From Gemmatimonadota bacterium (GTDB lineage: Bacteria; Gemmatimonadota; Gemmatimonadetes; Longimicrobiales; Gaopeijiaceae): a stretch of DNA of 13,997 nucleotides. The translations under genes were made by a program, and so were the position numbers. Location: contig JBDHHQ010000103.1 of assembly GCA_039589315.1 (NCBI GenBank), forward strand, positions 1-13,997, given 5' to 3'. Positions within the stretch are counted from its first letter, which is position 1, and each line of letters begins with the position of its first letter. Below the pieces are notes generated by a model. The model was given only the letters and a program-made list of their open reading frames with translations, had not been told where the DNA came from and made no database searches. Shown in pieces: positions 1-7,331 of the stretch.

Positions 1-548
1 CCGAGGAACAGCGCCAGGACGCCGATGAGCCCGATGGCGATCTCGGCCGCCACCTCGGCGAAATCCAGTGCGGCGGCCGCGATGGCGTTCATCTTGACGA
101 ACCGCACCGGCTCGAACACCACGGTGGCTTCGACGGTCGCCGCGCCTGCGCCCGGTGCCGGCTGTGGAGGTGCAGCGAAGTCCACGAGTGTCCCCTGGAG
201 CTCTCCGTCGTTCGACCGGGACACCGCCTGGATGGTCGCCAACGGCGTGGGGAGCGCGGCCCCGGCCTCGAACCGGAGCTGCATCCCTTCCCTGGTCTGC
301 AGCAGGGTTCCACCGTATCGCTCGGCTGGCCTCTCGTCCGTGTCGTAGAACGCCTGGTATTCCCCCGGATCGATCCTGATCTCTACGGAGGTGCTGCGGT
401 CGCCGGCGGCGTAGCCGGCGGGAAAGGTGAGCTCTACGGGGAGGGGCCGGTCGTTCCGGTATCGATCGCTGGCGAGATCACCGATGTCGTAGACAGCGGC
501 GAACACGAAGCTCGAGATGATCAATGCGGCCCAGATGTAGTTGAGCAT
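1..548 (-). CDS. spmA: Spore maturation protein A-like / nucleoside recognition (Gate) domain membrane protein, 5' part, running off the left edge
   Basis: Hand translation from the ATG at 548 is open to position 1: MLNYIWAALIISSFVFAAVYDIGDLASDRYRND...FEPVRFVKMNAIAAAALDFAEVAAEIAIGLIGVLALFL. The MLNYIW start and the A-x-EIAIGLIGVLAL-x-L segment match the SpmA-family pattern. A purine-rich GGCAGG lies just upstream. Confidence 0.8.
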   Translation of the reverse strand, partial: MLNYIWAALIISSFVFAAVYDIGDLASDRYRNDRPLPVELTFPAGYAAGDRSTSVEIRIDPGEYQAFYDTDERPAERYGGTLLQTREGMQLRFEAGAALPTPLATIQAVSRSNDGELQGTLVDFAAPPQPAPGAGAATVEATVVFEPVRFVKMNAIAAAALDFAEVAAEIAIGLIGVLALFL

Positions 549-594
549 CGCCTGCCGGAGGTCGGGTGCCGAAGGGTGGATCGGTGCGTCTCAA

Positions 595-620
595 GTATCT
601 CCGTGGCCCGGCCGCCGCAA
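595..620 (-). promoter_or_regulatory. Possible sigma70-type promoter for the spmA-like gene
   Basis: Minus strand reads TTGCGG-cggccgggccacgga-GATACTTG about 45-70 nt upstream of the ATG. Both the match and the spacing are imperfect. Confidence 0.2.
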
Positions 621-833
621 GGCGACCCTGCCCCCCGGGGTCACGCGACGCGGCCAGGGGTCCGAACGCCACGCCCGGGGGACGTCCATGCCCATTGGAG
701 CGACAAAGTTTTCCCTGGCAGGGTGAACCTGTCGAGCCGGCGCTACACGAACCATGAAGGGGCTTCGCGACCAGACGATCGCAAGCAAAGTGTTGTCAGA
801 ACACCGGTTATCAGTCGACTGGGGCGCCAGCCA

Positions 834-896
834 CACGGCGAATCGCCGTGATCGAGGGCTGAGTGGGCACGGCGCTTGCCGCGATCGAGGGCAGTG
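834..896. repeat. Two imperfect direct repeats (34-bp period), each an internal palindrome followed by GATCGAGGGC; a third, inverted GATCGAGGGC lies at 1019-1028
   Basis: 834-865 CACGGCGAATCGCCGTGATCGAGGGCTGAGTG versus 868-896 CACGGCGCTTGCCGCGATCGAGGGCAGTG. 834-850 is a perfect 8-1-8 palindrome (CACGGCGA-A-TCGCCGTG). GCCCTCGATC lies at 1019-1028. Confidence 0.7.
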
Positions 897-1250
897 ACGC
901 ACACGACCCTGCCCTTCCAGGTCGAGCGTCACGACGAGGGCACGACCTCGCCGGCTGCCGTCGTTCTTGAACCGGGGAGCGGTGGATCGCTCCGACAGCG
1001 GCACGCCGGCGGCACAGGGCCCTCGATCTGAGGAGTGAGGATCGGGGGCGGTCTCGGGGAGAACTGGCTAGGCCTCGAGTCGCTTCAGCATTCACGAGCC
1101 AGCTTGGGCCGCTTCCGACCCCTCCTCTGTCCACAAGCCCCAACCGCCGCTATCCACGACCCTCCTCACGGCGTAGACAGACCTCCGCCGTCGGGTCGCA
1201 CACCGGTCTGAGCGCCACCGCGATTGCGCGCGCGAGCACCCGCGACCCTC

Positions 1251-4200
1251 CTACTGCAGCCGCTCGAGAATGGCCGCCAGGGCGGCCTTCTGGTTTCGCA
1301 GAGCCTCGAGCTCTCCAGCCTCCGCACCGTCGATGGCCTTGAGCAGGAATCCGAGCTGATCGCGCACCGATGCGTGCTCGCGCGCGGAGCCTTCCTTCTC
1401 GACGAGCTGCTCCCAGATCCGGCCCAACCGCTCGACGTTCTCGTTCAGCTTCCCTTCATAGAGGAACCGGAGCGTCTCCGCCTCGGGCTCGTAGACCCGG
1501 TCCCAGAAGTCGTGTGCGTCGCGCGCACGGAGAGCGGCCAGCTCTTCCCCGCGCCGAAGCGCCTCTTCGAAGTCCGCCTTCGACAGGTAGCGCAGCTGCG
1601 TCTCCTCCGGCTGCTCATCCCACGGCCCCCCCAGGACCAGCACCCCCGTGAGGGCGTTCAGCAGCGCGTACGGCTTCCGGCTGCTGAGCTCGTGCGCGTT
1701 GGTGTAGGCTCCGACCATGGTGCGCAGGGCGGCCTCGCAGACCCCCCGCGCCTTGGCTACTCCTGCCCACCGCTTCGCGACGCTGCCGAGGAGGGCATAC
1801 CGCTCGTTGGTGGGCCCGATCTCGATGAGCCTCTCGAGCTCCCTCACGGACTTGTCGATGAGCCCGAGAGCTCTTTCTCGCTCCGCTTCGGAGGCTGGAT
1901 GGTCGGGGTCGCCGTGGAGGAACCTCTCCGCCGCTGCCCGAGCCCGGATGTTCGCCAACTGCTCGAGGTCCTTCATGCGCAGCGCGCCGCTGTCCCGGTC
2001 CCGCGCCTTCTCGTACCAGTCCACCGCTTCGTCTCTTCGGCCCAGCTCGGCGGCGGCTCGGGCCAGCGCAGCTAACACCCGGCCATCCTCCATCCATGAC
2101 GGCCGAAGCCTCACGATGTTCTCGCGGATCTCGTCGAACCGCTGGTTCAGCTCGAGTCTCCGCTCCTCCTGTCTGAGCCGGACTTTGGCGCCGCTCGCCA
2201 GGTTGTCCAGGGCAGACACGACCTGATCCTGGTCCAGGAATCGGGTTCGCGGAGCCGGCCCCTTCTTCCCGCGGAGGACGAGCCGGAAGCCCGGATCGCC
2301 GTAGCACTGGTACGCACCCCAGGTGTTGACCTTCGTAAACCGCTCGTAGATGTGCTGCCGGGCCACGCGCACCGATTCTCCAAACGTTCTCCCGTCCAGC
2401 ATGGCCTCGTAGAAGCGCTCGGCGAAGGCCGTGGCGGCCCGATCGTCCACCGCCCACCCGGCCGCGATCACCGCCCTCACCCCGTTTTGGATGAACTGGG
2501 AGGCCATATTGGACGCCAGCTGAGGCCGGTCCTTCAGGTATTCGGTGTCCCGCGCCTGCCTCCCGAGGTGGCAGCAATTCAGGAAGACCAGGTCCGGGAC
2601 CGCGGGCATCTGCAGGACCTCGTCGGGCCGGAGCAGGACGGTCCGGTACCGGGGCGACCCGTCCTCCTTCTCGCCGGTCTTGGTCTTTCCGATCACGACC
2701 CCCACCCTGGGAGGATCGCCTTTCCGGTAGTCGCCGTGCGCGGCGATGTGGAGCACGCGGTACCGGTTCTTCAGGAGCGCCTTCAGGATCGACGCCGGAC
2801 CGATCTCGGAGTTGTCGTGGCGGATCTGCTGCGTGACGTCCCAGCCGCCCGATGCGTCCAACCCCTTCCGTCCCAGCACCCTGACCACGGCCCTCGCCTC
2901 GGCTTGGGCACCCTTGAGCTCGGACCAGTGGCTCGGGGGATCTCCGATGACGAATACGGTGTCACTGTGCGCCGACTCCAGCGTCTGAGGCACATCCACC
3001 CGGAGGTTGCGGATCAGCCCCGCGCCCACGCACAGCGGATGACCCGAGCCACGGAACCGATCGATCATCAACTCCCAGGGGAACTGGGCTGCCCCGTCAT
3101 CCAGGACCAGGATCGTGTCACGGCGCTCGGGCGCCAGCGTCTTCAGCTCGTTCGAGAAGAGCAACTCGAAGAGCGCTCCAGGAGCCTCCAGGTCGACGGC
3201 TTTCCGTTCCCGGACCTCGTCCAGGAGCTGGTCGACCAGGGCCCGCTGCACGTGCAAGCTGGAATCCTCGACCCGGGCGCGGCCGGTGGGAGAAGAGAAC
3301 CGCAGCTCGTTCTTCACCATCTCGATCCGCAGGCGATCCCACCACCCCGGCGCGGACCCGTAGGACGCGCGCCGCTGTCCGCTGTCATGGTGCTGGAGCG
3401 GCTCGACCTTTATGAGAGGCCCGTTGTCCGAGACGAACTCGGTCTCACCGTAGACCCGCTCCAGGGCGTCCATGGCCTGGAGCGCCTGGTCCCGGTACAG
3501 CTCGATCAGCTCCACGTGACCGATCCAGGGTGCCGCATCGCCCCGACCGGCCTGCAGCTCGGCATTGGCCTGGATCACCGCCCTGAGGATAGCGCGCACG
3601 GACGCCTCCACGGAGACGCCACCCTCCCCGCTCCCCAGGAGCAGGAAGGAGAGCTCCAGGCCTTCTGTCTCGCCGAGCTTCCAGGCAGCCTCGGCATACC
3701 GGAGGATTCCTCTCTTGACCGTCGTGGTCAGGGCGCGAGGACTCAGCTGCCCAACCTCACCGAGCCCCACGACCACGGCTCCCGGGTGTCCGGAGTCCTC
3801 CGCTCCGGGATGCCCGGAGCTGTCGGCTCCGAGGAGCACCTCATTGGTGCCGATTGGGCCCGGATAGAGCTTGAGCTGGTGGAGCCGCGACAACCTTCCG
3901 TGGACCAGGTAATCCAGCGCCTCTTCGCCGTGGAGGATACCGTCACCATCGTAGTGCCCCACGACCACCGGGCTGTCGGCCGTCGCCAGGTCTGCGTGGA
4001 ACACGTTGACCCGGACCCGGCGAAGGGGACGTCCTTCCTCCACCGGAGTGTACCCCCACGCCGCCTCGGTCAGGAACGCTTTGCCGGGCGCTGGTGGGAT
4101 CGAGTCATCGGGCAGGTCGGCGGCTTCCTCGTCGTTGGCAGACACCGGCGGGTCCTTGGGGAGCGCCTGTGTATCGCCGTCCTCCAGGAGCTCGGCCAGG

Positions 4201-5294
4201 GCGTCGAACGCTGGTGTGTGATCGCATAGCCGACCGTGCTCCGCGTCCGCGTACCAGCGCTCCACGCCGTCGGGTGCTCCTCCATCCCACAACACCCGGC
4301 CATCCCCTCGGTTGGAGCCTTTGAAGGACGGGGCACCGGCACCTGTCGAGATGTGGGCCGGAGTCGCCGCCGCCCGTCCGGCCACGTAGAGGATCCGCTC
4401 CGGGTGGGGGATGGGCTGATCGAGTGCGATCCTGAAGGTCCGGGCGCCTTCGAGGAGCTGCCGGTCCGGGGCCCGGGGGAGCGCGTCGTCACGGTGGGCA
4501 TCGAGCACCTGCCAGGTATCCGCATCGAACAGGTCGAGCTCCCCACCCGGCAGTGTTTCCAGGATTCCGGGGAAGCCCCGGAAGGTCTCGACGATCGGCC
4601 GGTCCTGCCCCTCGAAGTCGAGGCTCGCCAGCCCCCGGGTCAGCGAGTCGCGGCCCAGCAGCATCCGGACGGTGGAAACGGCCCCGCTGTTCGGCGTGCC
4701 CACCATGACGAGCCGACATCCGTCGCGCGAGGCGAGCTCCTCCCACACGTCGGGCGCCTCGAGGATCATTCCTCGCGCGACCAGGCCGCCCGTAGAGTGG
4801 GCCAAGACGCGGATGGGGCCCTCGGTCTCGGCCAGCTTCTTCTCGATTTCCGCTGCCAGGGCCCGGCCTGCCACGCGGTGTGACCGCCGCCAATCATAGG
4901 TGAACGGCACGATGTCGTAGGTCGACTCGAGGTGACGGTAGAGCTTGGTGTACCCGGTCCAGATCGTGCCACCGAGCTCGACCTGCGGGCCCGCCGGCAG
5001 CCGACCGCGGACCTCGGCCTCGAGGCGGTCCTGCGCGCGAGAAGCTCCGTCGCGCTCTGCTCCCTCGCTCGTCGGGCCGGCCGCGGAGCCGTCTCCCTCG
5101 ACTGTCGAAGCCTCCTGCCCCGGGTCGATCCAGGCCAGCTTGTCGAGCCCACTTCTGGCCAGCGCGTGGACGTCGAACCAGACCCCGGTCCCGTCGGCCG
5201 ACAAGGCGATGCGCATCGTGCCCGGGATGAAGAAGAGTACGGGCTTCCCCGAGCCCTTCCGCTTCGTTGTGGCGTCCTTGCTCGAATCGGACAT
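1251..5294 (-). CDS. CHAT domain protein: alpha/beta-hydrolase (lipase/LCAT/PGAP1-like) + M17 aminopeptidase N-terminal-like domain + CHAT caspase-like cysteine protease + C-terminal TPR-like region
   Basis: 1347-aa ORF. Hydrolase motifs: FFIPG, FTYDWRRS, LAHSTGGLVAR (Ser167), LVMVGTPNSG, GDGRV (Asp331), EHGRL (His353). CHAT motifs: QFPWELM, VLHIAAHGDY (His853), LVFLNCCHLG (Cys908), GVRAVIAAGWAVDDRAATAFAERFY, TWGAYQCYGDP. The C-terminus has helical TPR-like repeats. Confidence 0.92.
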   Translation of the reverse strand: MSDSSKDATTKRKGSGKPVLFFIPGTMRIALSADGTGVWFDVHALARSGLDKLAWIDPGQEASTVEGDGSAAGPTSEGAERDGASRAQDRLEAEVRGRLPAGPQVELGGTIWTGYTKLYRHLESTYDIVPFTYDWRRSHRVAGRALAAEIEKKLAETEGPIRVLAHSTGGLVARGMILEAPDVWEELASRDGCRLVMVGTPNSGAVSTVRMLLGRDSLTRGLASLDFEGQDRPIVETFRGFPGILETLPGGELDLFDADTWQVLDAHRDDALPRAPDRQLLEGARTFRIALDQPIPHPERILYVAGRAAATPAHISTGAGAPSFKGSNRGDGRVLWDGGAPDGVERWYADAEHGRLCDHTPAFDALAELLEDGDTQALPKDPPVSANDEEAADLPDDSIPPAPGKAFLTEAAWGYTPVEEGRPLRRVRVNVFHADLATADSPVVVGHYDGDGILHGEEALDYLVHGRLSRLHQLKLYPGPIGTNEVLLGADSSGHPGAEDSGHPGAVVVGLGEVGQLSPRALTTTVKRGILRYAEAAWKLGETEGLELSFLLLGSGEGGVSVEASVRAILRAVIQANAELQAGRGDAAPWIGHVELIELYRDQALQAMDALERVYGETEFVSDNGPLIKVEPLQHHDSGQRRASYGSAPGWWDRLRIEMVKNELRFSSPTGRARVEDSSLHVQRALVDQLLDEVRERKAVDLEAPGALFELLFSNELKTLAPERRDTILVLDDGAAQFPWELMIDRFRGSGHPLCVGAGLIRNLRVDVPQTLESAHSDTVFVIGDPPSHWSELKGAQAEARAVVRVLGRKGLDASGGWDVTQQIRHDNSEIGPASILKALLKNRYRVLHIAAHGDYRKGDPPRVGVVIGKTKTGEKEDGSPRYRTVLLRPDEVLQMPAVPDLVFLNCCHLGRQARDTEYLKDRPQLASNMASQFIQNGVRAVIAAGWAVDDRAATAFAERFYEAMLDGRTFGESVRVARQHIYERFTKVNTWGAYQCYGDPGFRLVLRGKKGPAPRTRFLDQDQVVSALDNLASGAKVRLRQEERRLELNQRFDEIRENIVRLRPSWMEDGRVLAALARAAAELGRRDEAVDWYEKARDRDSGALRMKDLEQLANIRARAAAERFLHGDPDHPASEAERERALGLIDKSVRELERLIEIGPTNERYALLGSVAKRWAGVAKARGVCEAALRTMVGAYTNAHELSSRKPYALLNALTGVLVLGGPWDEQPEETQLRYLSKADFEEALRRGEELAALRARDAHDFWDRVYEPEAETLRFLYEGKLNENVERLGRIWEQLVEKEGSAREHASVRDQLGFLLKAIDGAEAGELEALRNQKAALAAILERLQ
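3778..3830 (-). repeat. In-frame 24-bp tandem duplication inside the CHAT gene (GADSSGHP / GAEDSGHP / GA)
   Basis: 3778-3801 gctcccgggtgtccggagtcctcc and 3802-3825 gctccgggatgcccggagctgtcg; SGHPGA occurs twice at an 8-aa period. Confidence 0.75.
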
Positions 5295-5772
5295 GGTGAG
5301 GTCTCGTTGCGTGAGGTCGATCAGGGGCGGCTCGGGCGACCCGGCTGACGGCGGCGGGCCGCCAGAGCGTCGATCCGTGTGGGCGAGCCCCTCCTCTATC
5401 CCCCGGCTGGCGGAACCGGAACCCGCAGGACGTGGGGCGTCGTGGGCTTCTCCTCAGGCGGCCTGATCCTCCTCAACGTACGCGGCTGGTCGCAGTCGGC
5501 CAATCTTCTTCCTCATCAGCTCTGGCTCGCCGACCCGGCCCCTTCCGCGGCCTACACGGAGGAGGTCAGATCCATGTTGGCTCGGTCACGACAGTTCCGT
5601 CCTCCTGGAATCTGCCGTCGGTGGCGCGGTGGAACGCGTAGCGACGACGAAGCCGATAGACATCAGGACCAACGCGCTGAGTTCGGCTCGTGCGCAGGCT
5701 CGCACGCCCGCGCATGCGGCAGCCGCGACCACGATACAGACTCGCTTCTCGCGCGCCGCTCCGCTCCGATCA

Positions 5773-7308
5773 TCATCTGTCTCCTACGGAATAGCGAGCA
5801 CGCAAGCGATCCAACCCCCAATGGAACGTATACAGGTATCTGGAGCGCCATCGTTGATGCGATCGATCACCGAGGAGGCGTGGCACGATGCGCCGCAGGC
5901 CACGGCGCCTCCGGAGCCAGCTCTCTGCCTTGCCCAAGTTCCCTTTCACGTAGTAGGGGACCTGGCCGATCTGCGCTTCCACCAGGCGGGACCGGAGAGC
6001 AGGATCGACGCTTTCGTGATAGAACGACAGGAAGTCTGCCTCCCAGCGGGGTGAGAGGGTCACCACCTCCGCAATGTCCGCCGAACCGCCCATCTTCGTC
6101 TGGCCGAAGAGGGGCCGAGGGACGCCTGCCTCCTCCAGCAGCCGTCGCGGGATCGGGCGATCGTAGCTCCCGCCGATCCGCCAGGGCACCATCTCGGGGC
6201 TGCGGGAGATGCGGTTCAGCACCGGAGCATAGACGCCTAGTGTGTACGGTACCGGGAAGTGGTAGTAACCGAGGCGCAGCCGCACTTCGGTGGAGTTGGC
6301 CCCTGCCATGCTCATCGAGATGGGATCCTCGAACCAGGGCTGCGAAGCAAGCGGATCGAGGTCCCAGAACTGCTCGCCGTGTCTCCCGCTCATCCAGAGC
6401 TTTCCCTCCAGCTGGGAGCCCATGATGGGGGTCTGGACCTCCGTCGAGAAGAACGGATTGGTGAAGAACTCGGCAGGGCCCGGCTCTTCGATCCCCCTGA
6501 CGTCCTGCCGTTCGTAGGCCGTGACCTCCAGATCGAGGTACCTGGCGAGCTCTGTGCCATCGTCAGGCATGTACTGGGTGGTGGGGCCGGTCCGGTCGCC
6601 ACTCTTGAGAAACGTCACCGCATGCTCGCAGCCGGCGCGTGTGGCGAGGACCGACACCGCGGCGGAATCGTACCCGCGGGAGATGGAGGACAGAGCCTCG
6701 AATCGACGGCTCCTGCCGTGGTCCGACGCGTTCGTCATGACGCGTCCGACCGTGCGCTGCATGAAGTCCACGTAGCCCTGATAGTCGGTCGGTGCTCCCC
6801 CGAAGCTCTTGTGGACCAAGGCGATCGTCAGATCGAGACCGATCAGGAAGTTGACACAATCGAATAGCTCGACCGAGTTGCCGGAGGCGGTGGGCAGCGT
6901 CTTGCCACGGACGCTCAGGCCGGTTCGATAGTGACCCAGCAGATCGAAGAAGTAGTTGGGATGGCCGAGGTCCAGCTCCTCACCGGCCTCCACGAGCGCG
7001 AACACCAACGAGTTGGAGACGTGCAGCTCGTTCCCGACTCGGATGGCGAACAGCCGCTCCAGGTTGTGGGTCGCGGCACAGAACAGGACCCCGTGGGGCG
7101 AGATCATCCCGCCCGATCCGGTAAGGGTCACAGCCCGGTCGAATCCCCGCTCCTCGAACGGCCCGTCCCATGCGCCATCGACGAAGAAATCGGCCCCGGT
7201 CTCGAGCCAGGGCCCGTGTAGCACCCGCACCTGCTCGCTGCCCTTCGTGAGCTTCGCGCACCAGGCCAGCCGAGGCAGCTCGTCGAGGCGTCTGAAATCG
7301 AAATGCAT
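5773..7308 (-). CDS. Asparagine synthetase-like (adenine nucleotide alpha-hydrolase / PP-loop) ATP-dependent ligase of unknown substrate, 511 aa
   Basis: The likely start is the ATG at 7308 (MHFDFRRLDELPRLAWCA), because the longer ORF to 7731 overlaps tctB and its extension is low-complexity. AsnB-like motifs occur in the expected order: LERLFAIRVGNELHVSNSL (Ntn-like), ISRGYDS (PP-loop, residues 210-215), AVTF, DDGTELARYL, LWMSGRHGEQFW, FPVPY, DRPIPRRLLEEAGVPRPLFGQTKMG (Lys405). Confidence 0.7.
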   Translation of the reverse strand: MHFDFRRLDELPRLAWCAKLTKGSEQVRVLHGPWLETGADFFVDGAWDGPFEERGFDRAVTLTGSGGMISPHGVLFCAATHNLERLFAIRVGNELHVSNSLVFALVEAGEELDLGHPNYFFDLLGHYRTGLSVRGKTLPTASGNSVELFDCVNFLIGLDLTIALVHKSFGGAPTDYQGYVDFMQRTVGRVMTNASDHGRSRRFEALSSISRGYDSAAVSVLATRAGCEHAVTFLKSGDRTGPTTQYMPDDGTELARYLDLEVTAYERQDVRGIEEPGPAEFFTNPFFSTEVQTPIMGSQLEGKLWMSGRHGEQFWDLDPLASQPWFEDPISMSMAGANSTEVRLRLGYYHFPVPYTLGVYAPVLNRISRSPEMVPWRIGGSYDRPIPRRLLEEAGVPRPLFGQTKMGGSADIAEVVTLSPRWEADFLSFYHESVDPALRSRLVEAQIGQVPYYVKGNLGKAESWLRRRRGLRRIVPRLLGDRSHQRWRSRYLYTFHWGLDRLRARYSVGDR

Positions 7309-7331
7309 ACGAATACGGTGGGGATCGACCC

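Noticed and set aside
763..821. RNase P RNA-like words (GACCAGACGATCGC and CAGAACACCGGTTATCAG)
   Set aside because: The two words are only about 15 nt apart and the invariant GAGGAAAGUCC core is absent on both strands.
834..896. Mini CRISPR array
   Set aside because: There are only two degenerate copies separated by under 10 nt, with no spacer-sized inserts and no cas genes.
971..981. ACCGGGGAGCG, resembling part of the ZMP/ZTP riboswitch
   Set aside because: The upstream GACUGGCG and downstream CGCCUGGGCA elements are missing, and no purine or folate gene follows on that strand.
591..1143. ORFs 591-1004 (-), 811-1143 (-) and 576-851 (+) as genes
   Set aside because: They are Arg/Pro/Ser-rich translations with no recognisable motifs or convincing RBS, as expected by chance in high-GC DNA.
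1127..1158. DnaA-box-like CTGTCCACA and CTATCCACG as a replication origin
   Set aside because: There are only two mismatched boxes, no AT-rich unwinding element and no origin-linked genes.
1226..1237. GCTCGCGCGCG shared downstream of both the CHAT and NUDIX stop codons
   Set aside because: It is a low-complexity CG run that also occurs inside coding sequence near 1377, and there is no U-tract to support a terminator.
2352..4229. 625-aa plus-strand ORF and similar long antisense ORFs (1224-2075, 7958-8767, 9279-10463, 11625-12698)
   Set aside because: These are antisense shadows of well-supported genes, caused by codon bias in high-GC DNA; they carry no independent motifs.
5505..5522. CTGATGAG on the minus strand as a hammerhead ribozyme core
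   Set aside because: No stem II followed by GAAA and no closing helices are present.
5773..7308. Lasso peptide cluster
   Set aside because: A Cys-less AsnB-like enzyme is present, but I see no leader peptidase, RRE protein or precursor with a YxxP leader and T-x-G cleavage site.
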